IMG/VR virus record: IMGVR_UViG_3300025133_000299
Location: 1 to 38,015 of that record
DNA: 38,015 nucleotides
Strand: one strand, 5' to 3'
Origin: a virus
Taxonomy: Duplodnaviria; Caudoviricetes
In this document: positions 26,641-36,973 of the stretch, in pieces
Layout of the letters: every line of letters begins with the position of its first letter
Numbering within the stretch: position 1 is the first letter of the stretch
The notes under the pieces: model-generated
Told to the model about the DNA's origin: nothing
Database searches by the model: none
The model's input: the letters and a program-made list of their open reading frames with translations, nothing else
Made by a program: the position numbers and the translations under genes

Positions 26641-26923
26641 AACGCCTTTAAAACAGGGTTCAAGGGGGCAAGCTCAAGGGTGCAAAACGTGCGCCTATTT
26701 ATGGCTAATTCTGTCTAATGTTGGCGAATAATCATTCAGCCAGAAGCCCAATGCGCCCAATGTTTATGGGGGCGAAGTGTGCCTTTTTAAGAATTTCCTA
26801 GAATGCGGAAACTAGGCTGGTCATCTCTGGTGAAAATTACTGACACCCCCCAATCAAGGCAAAAACCCCAATGAAAAGCGATTGAAATGTTTCGGGGGTC
26901 AGGTTTAGGGTCCTAAATGGGGG
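26641..26923. other. non-coding region, candidate attP
   Basis: Part of the largest non-array intergenic gap, next to the integrase; short repeats CCCAAT(G) x4 and GGGGTCAG x2. Confidence 0.4.
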
Positions 26924-29900
26924 TCAGTTTTTACCCCTGTTCAGGAGGGCATCCGCTGCCGCTTGAGTAGCTGCCACACCCATCAATTTGCCGCTCAGGT
27001 TGTATGCCCTGAACTTCTTGGGACCGGTCTGCACGATCCTCCCTTTGGTCGGGATCGTGACGACCTTACCGTCCTCCGAGACACGGGGCATGTACCTGTT
27101 CTTGATCTCCACCGCAGAGTCCTCAAACACCACATAGTTGTAGGTCTGCTTGAAGCCTTCCTTCGGCTTGCCCATGCTGGTTGTGGCACGGGATGAGGCA
27201 TCGGCAAACCGGTTGCCTGCTATGCCTATGTTCGCAAGCCTTGCAGATACATCTGACGGTCGCCTTGAGACTGCCTCTAGGTTCTTCACAAAGTGTAGCC
27301 CTTGACCTCTGTCGTTCACAAAGTCGGACAGGTACAAGTCGGAACCAGACTCGGCATCGAACACCCGCTTCCCGCCCTTCAGTAGAGCATCCTTCACATA
27401 CTTCGATTGCTCCTTGAAGGGCTTGTCCAAGTCTAGGAAGTGTTCCTCCTTTGGAGTGATGTCCACTTCGTACATGCTGCCCACCACAGGTTGATCGATC
27501 TCGATATCAAAGTCATCAGGCTTTAAAGATTCCACCGCACTCAAAGCCTTTTTTGCGTCTGCTAGTTTCGCTTTATTGAAATCCTTTTCTCCGTGTATCT
27601 CAATATTACTTGTCCACAAACCAACATCCCACTCCGCAGATTTCTTAAACTTGGGAATTAATTCTTCCTTTAGATACTGCTTTGCCCTAGCCACACTTGT
27701 CCGCTTGCTATTATACCTCGCTCGACCGACCACAAAATCGTCAATCCAAGTCCTTATCTGACTAAACCCTTGCTCCCCAAGTTCTGTCAGGTTTTTGTTT
27801 TTCAGCTTAACCTCGACATTGCTATGAGTGGCCAAGTTGCGATTATCGGTCAACTTATCCCGATACCACTCAGCCACACTCTTCTTCTCAGCAAAGTACA
27901 GTCCGTGTCCGTATGCCTGCGCCCCTTCACCGGTCCCAATCTTGTCGGTGGAGAACCTGCCCAACGGTGCCCCCTCTTCTGCGGCAAACGTATGCGGTGT
28001 GCCGTGGTAGGCTGGTATGTACCTGATGTCATCCGACTCCATGTTGAACCGGTCGTGCAAGGGGATTGGGTTGCCCCCGTCATCAAGCGTCACAGGGTCG
28101 GCAGACTTTATTTGGTTTGACTCAAACGCCGCATATGTGGTCCCGCCCCTCTCGGTTGTGATGTACCCATCATGCCCTAGCTTTTTTAGCAACTCGGTCA
28201 CGCCTGCGGTTTCAAAAAAACCATAGTCGCCTGAAGCAATCCACTTTCTCAGTCGGGAGTTGAACTCAGGCTCATGGGCAGCCTTGTCTTCCATCGCACC
28301 CTTTGACCTTCTCTCCAACTCGTCAACCAACTTAACCATCTTCTCACCCTCGAACGACACGTTAACCTCCCCGCCCCATTCCCTGATTGCATAAAGCGCA
28401 TCATTAATGTGTGACGGGTTTCTGTAGTCGAACGGATTGTCCAGCTTCAGGTAACCCTTAACTATATCCCCTTTGCCCTCGACTAGCTTGCCATAGGCAT
28501 CCCCGACATGCATTTGCCTGCCAGCAAATGTCTTTGCCACATCCTCGCTATCAGATGTCATAATATGCCCCCAAGCATTCTTTGTTGGATCGAACTCTGT
28601 GAACGGTCGGTTTGCTGGAGTGCTGTCATCCTCTGGAATTGTCCTGCCATGATACACCGGACCGGTGTCATACCCCGCCCGTGCCGCAGCCTGATCCACC
28701 GCAGCCTGCATGGTGTCCACATCACCCTTCGCCACAGCATCCATGTAGTCAGATTCCATACGGGCAGTCTCGGCAGGGAAGTATCGGTGCTGGCTTCGGT
28801 CGCCTTCCACCAACCCTCCTTTCTTGCCCACATCATCTGCCCTCACGAATACCGTGTTGCCCACAGAGATAGCCTCTGAGGCACTTTCTATCGGAATGCT
28901 ATGGTTGTCCTTCCGGTAGAAGTATTCGTGCCTGTGGGGGTCCATACCGACCTGCAACCACTTCTCAGGGTTGTGCAGGTCAGCGGGGATGGCATCATCG
29001 AGTAGCTTGCCTTTCTTGTCGTGGATGGGCACCCACTCACCCTCTACGGTTGCCATCGGAAATTTACCCATCCTTCCTTCGGCAATTTTGTTAATGTCCT
29101 TCACCCCTCCGATGGCTTTACTGATAAACATCGTCACGTTTTTGATCCGTGCAATGGAATCATAACCGTATATGTCACGGACGTTGGGTGCGTGGATGGC
29201 TACGGCATATGCCTCCTTGTCCAAGACTCCCGCAGCGGCAAGTTCACGGGTCCGAGTCAGGAAGGGTATGTCCTGCCGCAACCCAACCCGTTCGCCTGCC
29301 GGTAATTGTCGGGCGGCACCTATCAACTCCCGTTGAGCCTTGCTCAACATTTGCAACGAAGCCTTGAGAGGCTTGTCGCCTTTTTTGAAATTTTTCGCTG
29401 CCTCCCTCGCCTCCTCACGGGACAAGCCTTGGTCTGGAACTAGTCCACGCTTGGTCGGGATAGGTGACAGGCTGACCGGACTCCTCCTGTCCACAACCGC
29501 ATCCCAATCCCTGCCGGTGACGTTGTCCCTCCGTGCCTGCCCCATCACAGGGTCGGTGCTGCCTTTAATTGTCTCAGGCATGTAGTTGACAGGATGGTCT
29601 ATGGGTGGACCCATCTTGCCAGCGGTAAGTAAGTCCAATTCAGGGACGATTGTCTGCAAGGGCTGCGGACCCACCGACCCGTCCTTTCCAAACACATTGC
29701 CGCCGGTTAGTTCACCTGTCTTTGGGTTAACTGCCCTGCTTATGCCGCTGGACAAACTACTCAAGGGGTAAAATTCTTTAGCGTATGCTACCGGCTCAAC
29801 CTTAATGGTGTGCCCATAGTGATAATGTAAATTGGGTTCGTGAATGATGGGAGTGTCGGCTTTAACCTTCATCACCGCAACCACAGTCCCGATTGGAAAC

Positions 29901-32900
29901 TTCTTCTCATCCCACAACCCTTTATCAACTCCCATTCTTGCGGTTGCGCTTGGGCCAAAGCCAAGTTCTTCTGCCTGAGCCTTATTGAAATTAAACTTGG
30001 TGCCCTTGGTTCCCCTTTGGCCAGAAATTGCTTCGCCTGCCCTGTGCGTTAATTTGCCTGAGTCAACCGCATCAATAAACTGCTGAACACTTCGTATCTC
30101 TCGCAGGGCATCTCGTTCAGTCTGCAATGCCTTCTTCTGCATACCGGCTATTTGGCGAGTGTTTTCCATCAAGCCTTTGATGTAAGCATCCCCATGCTTC
30201 TTGGTAATGTCTCCACGGGCAACAGCATCCCTCACACTCTCTCCAAACAGCCGCAAACCGTATCGTGTGTTGTTGTGGTTCAGTTCGCCTAACATCGACA
30301 AGGCAACATACTCGGTGCCCACATCCCGAAGGTGTTTAAATAAAGTCTTGAAAGGTGTTGGGTCATACGATGCCCACTTGCCTTCCAGCCACATGAACGC
30401 ACGACCACCCTGTGCTGCAATCTCACTTGATGCACCACTCATTAACTCCCTTACTCCGTGCCCCAATCGATCTATAGACAAGGCAACCATTTTTTCCTGC
30501 TGCATATCACGAAAGTCCATGTACCGTGCCCCTTCGGGGGCAACGGGCATGAACCTCTCAGCCATTGCCTCGTTGAACTCGATGACCTCACCATGCTCCT
30601 TCACCTTCGGAGTGCCATCGGGCATCAGGTTCTCCTTCACCTTGTGGTAATCAAAGTGGAAGTCCTCCCTCATGGTGCTTTCCACACTACCAATCCGATC
30701 CAGCCTGAATGACTTCACAATCGATGTGCGGTCCACCGGTCGGTTGTTCAAGATGTCATGCATCGGACTGACACCACCCGATCCGGTCATGTCCCTCATC
30801 AGGAATGCCCTGAACGCATTGCGCTTGGCTTCACCTATACCCTCGGCACCACCCAATCCTTTGCGGTGGTTGTCCATGTAAATTTTCAGGTCCTCGTAAA
30901 ACCTCTTAACGTCATTGCCCCACAGTTCCAGCTTGGGTCTGCCGTTGGCATCCGTGTCTCTCTGCCAACGGGATACCTTGTCGTGAATCGCATCCACATC
31001 CAAGGACTGCACGGTGATGTTGCCCTCCTTGGTGATCCTATATTCAAACGGTTTGATGTCTCTTCGGGACGCAGCAATGTTTCCCATGAACTTGCGAAGG
31101 TTTCTCCTCCACATCCTTGTCGTTCCACGCAGGTCAGGGGTGCCGTCCTTGGTGGTCTTCACCACCTCGTTCATCTTTATCTTCTTCGACTTGGTTGTGC
31201 TGATCCCGTTGTACCAAACCATCGCAGTCGTTCCGTTGCCCACCAACTCGTTCAGCAACTTTAAATGCTCCTTCATTTGCGGTGGAAGATTGGATGCTTC
31301 TATCACCTCGTCGGGGATAGCCTTACCGGTCACCTCGATGCTGCCGTCAGCACCCTCACGGGCACCTAGCGTGGTCTTGTCGTCCCTTCCTATAAGACCC
31401 TTGGCAACCAACCCTTCACGCAGCCTCCGTGTTCCCTCGGCACGGTCGTGCAATGTCTTGGCAATCTCATCGTGCCCCTTGACGGTTACCTCTCCCTTGG
31501 CATTCTTTGTGGCAAAGTCATTCTCAAACGTACCGTCACCCTTGTCCCTCCAAAACCCTGCACGGTCACCCATGTTCAGGATGTCCTGCTTGGTACCTCC
31601 ACCGTCAGGGTTCTTTGCCCTTCGACTCATCTCATCAAAGTGCCTGCCCCTGTCACGGATATAGTTGCGGAGAGTCTTTTTGAATTTTTTGTCGCCGGTC
31701 ATATCCCCGAAGATTCGGGAAGCATAGGCACCATCCACCCTGCCTAATGGGTCCAGCTTTCCCCCCATCTTCCGTTGGATCGCTGCCTTGGTTCTCAGCA
31801 TGGCACCACGCAGGTGGAATAAATCTTCACCGGTCTTGCCCTTGCGAAGTTTGTTCAGGTTCCTGTCGAGTGTTGACCCGACAAAGTCCTCCGCAAAGAT
31901 TTCGGAATGTACCCAATCCAAACCAAACTGCTTGGTTAGGTCGGCACGTTCTGCGTTCACCGCAACATCGAAGTCGTCAACTCCTTTGGTTGGCTTGCCT
32001 TCCTTCCACCTTTGGACCGCATCGTCCGCAGCCTTGGAGAAGGGGTTCTTAAACCTTCGCCTCACCCTGTTCTCTGCCAACCTCTCAACGTAATTCGTAG
32101 CCATTGCATCGATGCGAGTCTGCCCGTAGACCCCGACAAGTTCTGCCGTCATCTCGGACTTGTTCACCACGGGGCTATCCCATAATGCATGACCAAACTC
32201 ATGGAGGATGTTTTGCCTGCGCCCCTTGACATCGGATGCCTCGATGTTGATGTCAATGGACTTCCTCTCCGGTGACCATGCCGCAGCACCTGCCTTGTGT
32301 GCCTTGTTGTATTGGGCATTGGTTAACAGGTTGATTGCAACATCCCCTTGAAAAATTCTCTCCAACGTTGCGGTCTTCAGCAAGGCATCCCGCCCCAACT
32401 TTGCAAACGCTTGCTTCGGGTCAACACCCTTCTTGGCCTGAGCCTCAAGGAACCGCATCACATCGGCATCCTCCGCTGACCTTCTTGCGTGACCGGTTAG
32501 CTTTGACAGACCGGCACCACCAAGTGCGGCAGGTCCACCAATTCCAATTCCAGCACCTATTCCCTGCAACATGCCTTCCTCTCCCTGTGCCAGATAACCT
32601 AACCCGCCGCCAACCACCATGCCGGTGCCAACACCGAGTGCCAACGTGCCGGTGCCTGAAAGTAACTTGTCTCCAGCACCACCCATGTGAAGGATTCGTG
32701 CTAGTTTTCTCAGGTTGGGGTCAACCGTGGAATCCATTGCAACTCTCTCAAGGACTCCGAACTGTGAAGGCCGCTTGCCAAGGGACTCGCCAACCTTCTC
32801 GCCCAACCTGCCAGCAACATCCAAAGACCTGCCTATAGTTGGTGCCGCTAGTGCAAGACCTATCGCCGGTTGTCCTGATACGGTTGAGCCTGCGATACCT

Positions 32901-33766
32901 AACACCCTTGCTGTCGTCTGGCTTGCTTCAGGGATTACCTTGCCGACCTTCTCTCCGATGGCATCGGTGACCTTTGTGACCCCCCTTCCGGTTCCACCGA
33001 CTGCCTTTCCTGCAACCCCTCCCACTTTGCCTGCCACTTTTGCCCCAAGAGATGGCAACTTGGTGAAGGCACCGGCAGCAGGGATTGCCATTGTGAAGTC
33101 TCCGACATAACCAAACGCCTCGGCACCGGCTACATCTTCTCCCTCGATCTCACCTATTAACGGTAGGGTGGTTTTTGTTTCGCCGGTTCTCCACTTCTCT
33201 CGCTCAACCTCATAAGCACGTTTGAGGTTGAACCGCATCTTATCCTTGGACAGTTGTCGGATGTAGTCCTGCCGTGAATCTTGGTCGTCCTCGCTGCCGG
33301 TGTCTTCCAAGTATTTCTCGTAGGTGTCGGCAGCGTGGAAGTCTTTGGTGAAGATGTCTCCAATGATATGAAACATGTCGGTCCCGCCACGGGCAGAACC
33401 AGACACCAATGTCTTAATTCCTTTTAAGGGGTCAGTTAAATAAAGTCCCTGACTAACTGCACTCCATATTCCACCAAAGAACTCTTCCCCAACCATCTCC
33501 AGCCCTTGGCCAACGATGCCAAGTTTCTCGTCAAAGGTCTTTTCCGGTTCAACCGACTTCGCACGACGATACCGCTCAAACTCCTCGTAGCCCAACTGTC
33601 GGCTTGGGTCGCCTTCAACTGCCTCCACCAACTCCGTTCCGGTGAAGGGGATGATGCCGCCTGCGGCAATTGCTCCACCTTCGGGTGTCGCAGTAGCCGC
33701 ATAAGGACCCAACCCTAACTCTCTGTTTTCTTCATCGGAAAACGGAATCAATTCTTGTGATGCCAT
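26924..33766 (-). CDS. large internal virion/ejection polyvalent protein with zincin (HEFGH) and two ADP-ribosyltransferase-like domains
   Basis: 2280 aa; G/A-rich hydrophobic segment, HExxH motif, 'VYHG...F.EF...YLKLDNP...GHDG...FESNQIKS' and 'AYHGTPH.F...GTGEGAQAYGHGLYFAE'. Confidence 0.75.
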   Translation of the reverse strand: MASQELIPFSDEENRELGLGPYAATATPEGGAIAAGGIIPFTGTELVEAVEGDPSRQLGYEEFERYRRAKSVEPEKTFDEKLGIVGQGLEMVGEEFFGGIWSAVSQGLYLTDPLKGIKTLVSGSARGGTDMFHIIGDIFTKDFHAADTYEKYLEDTGSEDDQDSRQDYIRQLSKDKMRFNLKRAYEVEREKWRTGETKTTLPLIGEIEGEDVAGAEAFGYVGDFTMAIPAAGAFTKLPSLGAKVAGKVGGVAGKAVGGTGRGVTKVTDAIGEKVGKVIPEASQTTARVLGIAGSTVSGQPAIGLALAAPTIGRSLDVAGRLGEKVGESLGKRPSQFGVLERVAMDSTVDPNLRKLARILHMGGAGDKLLSGTGTLALGVGTGMVVGGGLGYLAQGEEGMLQGIGAGIGIGGPAALGGAGLSKLTGHARRSAEDADVMRFLEAQAKKGVDPKQAFAKLGRDALLKTATLERIFQGDVAINLLTNAQYNKAHKAGAAAWSPERKSIDINIEASDVKGRRQNILHEFGHALWDSPVVNKSEMTAELVGVYGQTRIDAMATNYVERLAENRVRRRFKNPFSKAADDAVQRWKEGKPTKGVDDFDVAVNAERADLTKQFGLDWVHSEIFAEDFVGSTLDRNLNKLRKGKTGEDLFHLRGAMLRTKAAIQRKMGGKLDPLGRVDGAYASRIFGDMTGDKKFKKTLRNYIRDRGRHFDEMSRRAKNPDGGGTKQDILNMGDRAGFWRDKGDGTFENDFATKNAKGEVTVKGHDEIAKTLHDRAEGTRRLREGLVAKGLIGRDDKTTLGAREGADGSIEVTGKAIPDEVIEASNLPPQMKEHLKLLNELVGNGTTAMVWYNGISTTKSKKIKMNEVVKTTKDGTPDLRGTTRMWRRNLRKFMGNIAASRRDIKPFEYRITKEGNITVQSLDVDAIHDKVSRWQRDTDANGRPKLELWGNDVKRFYEDLKIYMDNHRKGLGGAEGIGEAKRNAFRAFLMRDMTGSGGVSPMHDILNNRPVDRTSIVKSFRLDRIGSVESTMREDFHFDYHKVKENLMPDGTPKVKEHGEVIEFNEAMAERFMPVAPEGARYMDFRDMQQEKMVALSIDRLGHGVRELMSGASSEIAAQGGRAFMWLEGKWASYDPTPFKTLFKHLRDVGTEYVALSMLGELNHNNTRYGLRLFGESVRDAVARGDITKKHGDAYIKGLMENTRQIAGMQKKALQTERDALREIRSVQQFIDAVDSGKLTHRAGEAISGQRGTKGTKFNFNKAQAEELGFGPSATARMGVDKGLWDEKKFPIGTVVAVMKVKADTPIIHEPNLHYHYGHTIKVEPVAYAKEFYPLSSLSSGISRAVNPKTGELTGGNVFGKDGSVGPQPLQTIVPELDLLTAGKMGPPIDHPVNYMPETIKGSTDPVMGQARRDNVTGRDWDAVVDRRSPVSLSPIPTKRGLVPDQGLSREEAREAAKNFKKGDKPLKASLQMLSKAQRELIGAARQLPAGERVGLRQDIPFLTRTRELAAAGVLDKEAYAVAIHAPNVRDIYGYDSIARIKNVTMFISKAIGGVKDINKIAEGRMGKFPMATVEGEWVPIHDKKGKLLDDAIPADLHNPEKWLQVGMDPHRHEYFYRKDNHSIPIESASEAISVGNTVFVRADDVGKKGGLVEGDRSQHRYFPAETARMESDYMDAVAKGDVDTMQAAVDQAAARAGYDTGPVYHGRTIPEDDSTPANRPFTEFDPTKNAWGHIMTSDSEDVAKTFAGRQMHVGDAYGKLVEGKGDIVKGYLKLDNPFDYRNPSHINDALYAIREWGGEVNVSFEGEKMVKLVDELERRSKGAMEDKAAHEPEFNSRLRKWIASGDYGFFETAGVTELLKKLGHDGYITTERGGTTYAAFESNQIKSADPVTLDDGGNPIPLHDRFNMESDDIRYIPAYHGTPHTFAAEEGAPLGRFSTDKIGTGEGAQAYGHGLYFAEKKSVAEWYRDKLTDNRNLATHSNVEVKLKNKNLTELGEQGFSQIRTWIDDFVVGRARYNSKRTSVARAKQYLKEELIPKFKKSAEWDVGLWTSNIEIHGEKDFNKAKLADAKKALSAVESLKPDDFDIEIDQPVVGSMYEVDITPKEEHFLDLDKPFKEQSKYVKDALLKGGKRVFDAESGSDLYLSDFVNDRGQGLHFVKNLEAVSRRPSDVSARLANIGIAGNRFADASSRATTSMGKPKEGFKQTYNYVVFEDSAVEIKNRYMPRVSEDGKVVTIPTKGRIVQTGPKKFRAYNLSGKLMGVAATQAAADALLNRGKN

Positions 33767-33771
33767 AGCAA

Positions 33772-35736
33772 TTAATAACTACCTGCCCCTGCACTTGTTT
33801 CTGGAATTGTATATGGTCTGTAACCTCCACCCGCAATATCCCTAATATAGACCTTGGTCCCTGCGGGGTGTCCTGATTTCAATGTGTCCTGAATACTGTT
33901 GAACTTCAGGGTCGGTGGAAGGTCTGCGCTGCCAAGCCCTTCACCGGATTTAACCTTGCGGTCATAGTTCGCTTGGTCCTCTGCGGTGAAGGACAACTTG
34001 TTAGAAGCTAACTTGTCACCTTTCTGGAGTTTGTGGTCATAATCCCAAAGGCCAAGGTGTTCGCCTCGGACCTTGACTCCTTGGGTCATTATCTTCTGAA
34101 GCTCGGTCAACCTTGCTCGACTGTTTGCATCGAACTGGAAGAACTTGGTCGGATCGCCTATCACCTCAAGCAGTATTTTCTGCTCGTATTCCGACACGGC
34201 ACCGGGACCGATAACCGCAAGCCTCAACTTGCCTCGCAGCAAATTTAGCTTGGCTTTAATCTTGGCACGTTTCTGGTCGTACCATGCTGTAGGCATTCTC
34301 CTTGTGATGGCATTTAATTCTGCATCCTCATCAAGTGCCTCTTGTATCAACTGGACACCATGTTCTGCGTCAGCGGAAATCAACCTGAAGTCTTTTGCCT
34401 CTTGGTCACTTGTAGCCAAACTTCTTTTGAACTTCAGGTCGGAATGCTCCTTCGCAAACTCCTCGGCTTCGGGAACCGATCTTGGGTCCTGCCCAACCCC
34501 ATAGTTTGCCGTTGTTTTAACCTGACCTGTTTCGGGGTCTATGCTTCGGGTGGTTCCTTTTAAGAACATCCCTTTCATTGGACCGGAAAGTCCCATTGCA
34601 GACTGAAGTCTTTCGGTTAGGACCTGACCTCCTGCTATATACTTGCCGGTGTCTTCCCCGTCCAACTGAATCCTTGCGCCCTTAACTGCCCTTGGGTGGA
34701 AACTCTGTTTGTGCGCCGCTGCCTTTATATACCCTTCAGGACCGAGTCCCTCTGCGCTTCGTGACAAGTATTGTGCTGCCGCAGCCTCTTGCTCCGAAGC
34801 GGTTGGATCACGCATGATGTCACGACTTCCCTTGATGTAATAACTCTCAGGCTGCGGACCAAGTTCTTCTGGAGCCTGAACAGGAGGCAGGTATCCATCG
34901 TATGGATCAGGTTGCAACCCGAATGCATTCCTGCCTGAAATGCCAGCATAAGGGTTAGCAGGTCCTCCACCTGTTCCCGCATATGGATTGGCGGCACCAT
35001 CTGACTGATCAAGTCCAAGCAACTCCATGCCCCGTGGTGAATCTTTCGGCACACCAAAGCCCGAAGCTGGATCGTAAACACTTCCGTGCAAATCCTGCCC
35101 AGCCGCATCCAGTTTCTTCACCCTCTCAGGTGCAGGTGCAACTCTTCCTGACTCATCTCGCCGGTAATAAAACTCAGGTGTGCCAACCTGCGGTTGGTCC
35201 AACTGCATGGGGTCGGTCCAGTAAGGCTCGGTGTCAGGGACCTGCTTCGATGTCTCGCCTGCGTAACCACCAATGAACTCAGTCAGGGACTTGCGCTCCT
35301 TCTGCTTTTGTACAATAGCTTCGTTTGCGAGTTTTGCGCTCAGCAGGTCCTGCTCAAATTTGCCTTTCCGGTAGTCGTTTGTCTCGTTGGCAAAATCAAT
35401 CTGCAACTCTGCCATCCGGTTTTGCAGGCGTTTACTTTTACGGACCTCACCCTTGTCATACTCCGAAATGATTCCCTCGATCTTCTTGGTGGACTCGTCT
35501 CCCAACTCGTCACCTCGCTTGGACCACTTCTCGTACTCGGTCTGTGCCGCCTTTACCACATTCTCACCGGCACCCTTGTCCAAGAGGGACTGAAACTCGC
35601 TATGCAAGTCATCCTCAATAGCCTCATGCTGACCTATCAGCTTTTGCCGTTCCTCCTGCCTCTCCTTGCGGGTGATCAATCCTTCGCCTAACGACCCCAA
35701 CGCTTCAGAAATTCCTTGTCCAATATCGTATGCCAT
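33772..35736 (-). CDS. internal virion/DNA ejection protein
   Basis: 654 aa, helical, 'GPGAVSEYE' motif, between two other ejection-like genes. Confidence 0.55.
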   Translation of the reverse strand: MAYDIGQGISEALGSLGEGLITRKERQEERQKLIGQHEAIEDDLHSEFQSLLDKGAGENVVKAAQTEYEKWSKRGDELGDESTKKIEGIISEYDKGEVRKSKRLQNRMAELQIDFANETNDYRKGKFEQDLLSAKLANEAIVQKQKERKSLTEFIGGYAGETSKQVPDTEPYWTDPMQLDQPQVGTPEFYYRRDESGRVAPAPERVKKLDAAGQDLHGSVYDPASGFGVPKDSPRGMELLGLDQSDGAANPYAGTGGGPANPYAGISGRNAFGLQPDPYDGYLPPVQAPEELGPQPESYYIKGSRDIMRDPTASEQEAAAAQYLSRSAEGLGPEGYIKAAAHKQSFHPRAVKGARIQLDGEDTGKYIAGGQVLTERLQSAMGLSGPMKGMFLKGTTRSIDPETGQVKTTANYGVGQDPRSVPEAEEFAKEHSDLKFKRSLATSDQEAKDFRLISADAEHGVQLIQEALDEDAELNAITRRMPTAWYDQKRAKIKAKLNLLRGKLRLAVIGPGAVSEYEQKILLEVIGDPTKFFQFDANSRARLTELQKIMTQGVKVRGEHLGLWDYDHKLQKGDKLASNKLSFTAEDQANYDRKVKSGEGLGSADLPPTLKFNSIQDTLKSGHPAGTKVYIRDIAGGGYRPYTIPETSAGAGSY

Positions 35737-35745
35737 ATTTCCTCC

Positions 35746-36600
35746 TTAACCGTTTGTTCCACCACCAAATAAACCACCCCAACCACCGGCACCTATTGCG
35801 GCACCACCTAGCTTTCCAAGTCCACCCACAATTCCACCAATCATCGATGACTTGGCCTGCGCCCGTGCCTTGCTTGCGGCAAACGCTTGCGACGAGTTTT
35901 GACCGTGCAATTGCCCCGCATAAGCACTCTCTGGATTGAACACATTTCCCGGTCCTAACCCCTGTGCCTGCGCCCCAACTGCCATCGGGTTGAATGCCCG
36001 TGACTGCCTCCCCAAGATAGCCATCGCAGGATCAGCACCGAGTGCGGCACTCATCCCCATCTGACCTTGGGCAAATTGTTGCCTCGACCTCCTGCGTTGT
36101 TCCATCAGGTCCAACTCAGCCAAGCTGGACATGGCTTGGTCACTCACACCTCGCCCGAAGCCTCGTTGAGACTGCCCTTGAGCCACAGATTGCCGCAGGT
36201 TGCGTTTTTGGGCACCGGTAAGCTGTCCACCTAGTTCCAACTCGGAAAGTGCCTGAGAATTCAATTCTCGGCGTAAGGCGGCAGTCTGTGGGTCCGCTGC
36301 CTCGATTGCTGCCGTGGCACGACCTCCAAATTGTTCCAATGCCTCCACATCGGCTAATCGCTTGGACCGTGTTGCCTCCAAATCCATCCTGCTCATAGCA
36401 GGGTTGATCTGGTTCTCGTACAACTCCATCAACCGTGGACCCATCTCTTCCATGATGCTGGCTTGTAGACCGGCATACATAGGCTGGTACTCTGCCTCCG
36501 ATGCGAAGACTTTGTCCGCATACTCCAGTTGCGTTTCCAAGTTCTTTCGGTACTCCTTTGCATAGTCCCGACTCTCGTTTTTAATTTTAGTGCTGCCCAT
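35746..36600 (-). CDS. internal virion/DNA ejection protein (P22 gp7/T7 gp14-like)
   Basis: Q/A/G-rich with a Gly-rich hydrophobic C-terminus (MIGGIVGGLGKLGGAAIG). Confidence 0.6.
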   Translation of the reverse strand: MGSTKIKNESRDYAKEYRKNLETQLEYADKVFASEAEYQPMYAGLQASIMEEMGPRLMELYENQINPAMSRMDLEATRSKRLADVEALEQFGGRATAAIEAADPQTAALRRELNSQALSELELGGQLTGAQKRNLRQSVAQGQSQRGFGRGVSDQAMSSLAELDLMEQRRRSRQQFAQGQMGMSAALGADPAMAILGRQSRAFNPMAVGAQAQGLGPGNVFNPESAYAGQLHGQNSSQAFAASKARAQAKSSMIGGIVGGLGKLGGAAIGAGGWGGLFGGGTNG

Positions 36601-36973
36601 AATTCTGTTTCTCCATTGCTAGTGCCTTTTTGTAAAATTTCCCCCAAGACCAAATCTTGGGTTCAGGATTATCGCCCCTGTGCCATGACACATAAGGCAG
36701 GGGGAGTGGTGCTATATTGAAAAACCTTGTGACCGCAGCACCGCAGCCCAAGTAAACAAACCAAGTGTCCCAAGTGTCAGGCTTGAATGTAAACTTGTAG
36801 TCGAGAGCAAAGCCGATGTCCCTCGATGAAACCGGCCTAGCCATCACAAAGATGTCATCGCCGGAATAGACATAACCATGCCGCAAGTAGAACGAGAAAT
36901 CCTCCTCGAATGATCGAGGAGATATCTCGTCATAACAGTCCTCCTTGGCTATGTCTACTGGTCGCCTATTCAC
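36587..36973 (-). CDS. GNAT-like small protein preceding ejection genes (T7 gp13-like position)
   Basis: 128 aa aromatic-rich alpha/beta protein; call rests on synteny. Confidence 0.4.
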   Translation of the reverse strand: MNRRPVDIAKEDCYDEISPRSFEEDFSFYLRHGYVYSGDDIFVMARPVSSRDIGFALDYKFTFKPDTWDTWFVYLGCGAAVTRFFNIAPLPLPYVSWHRGDNPEPKIWSWGKFYKKALAMEKQNYGQH

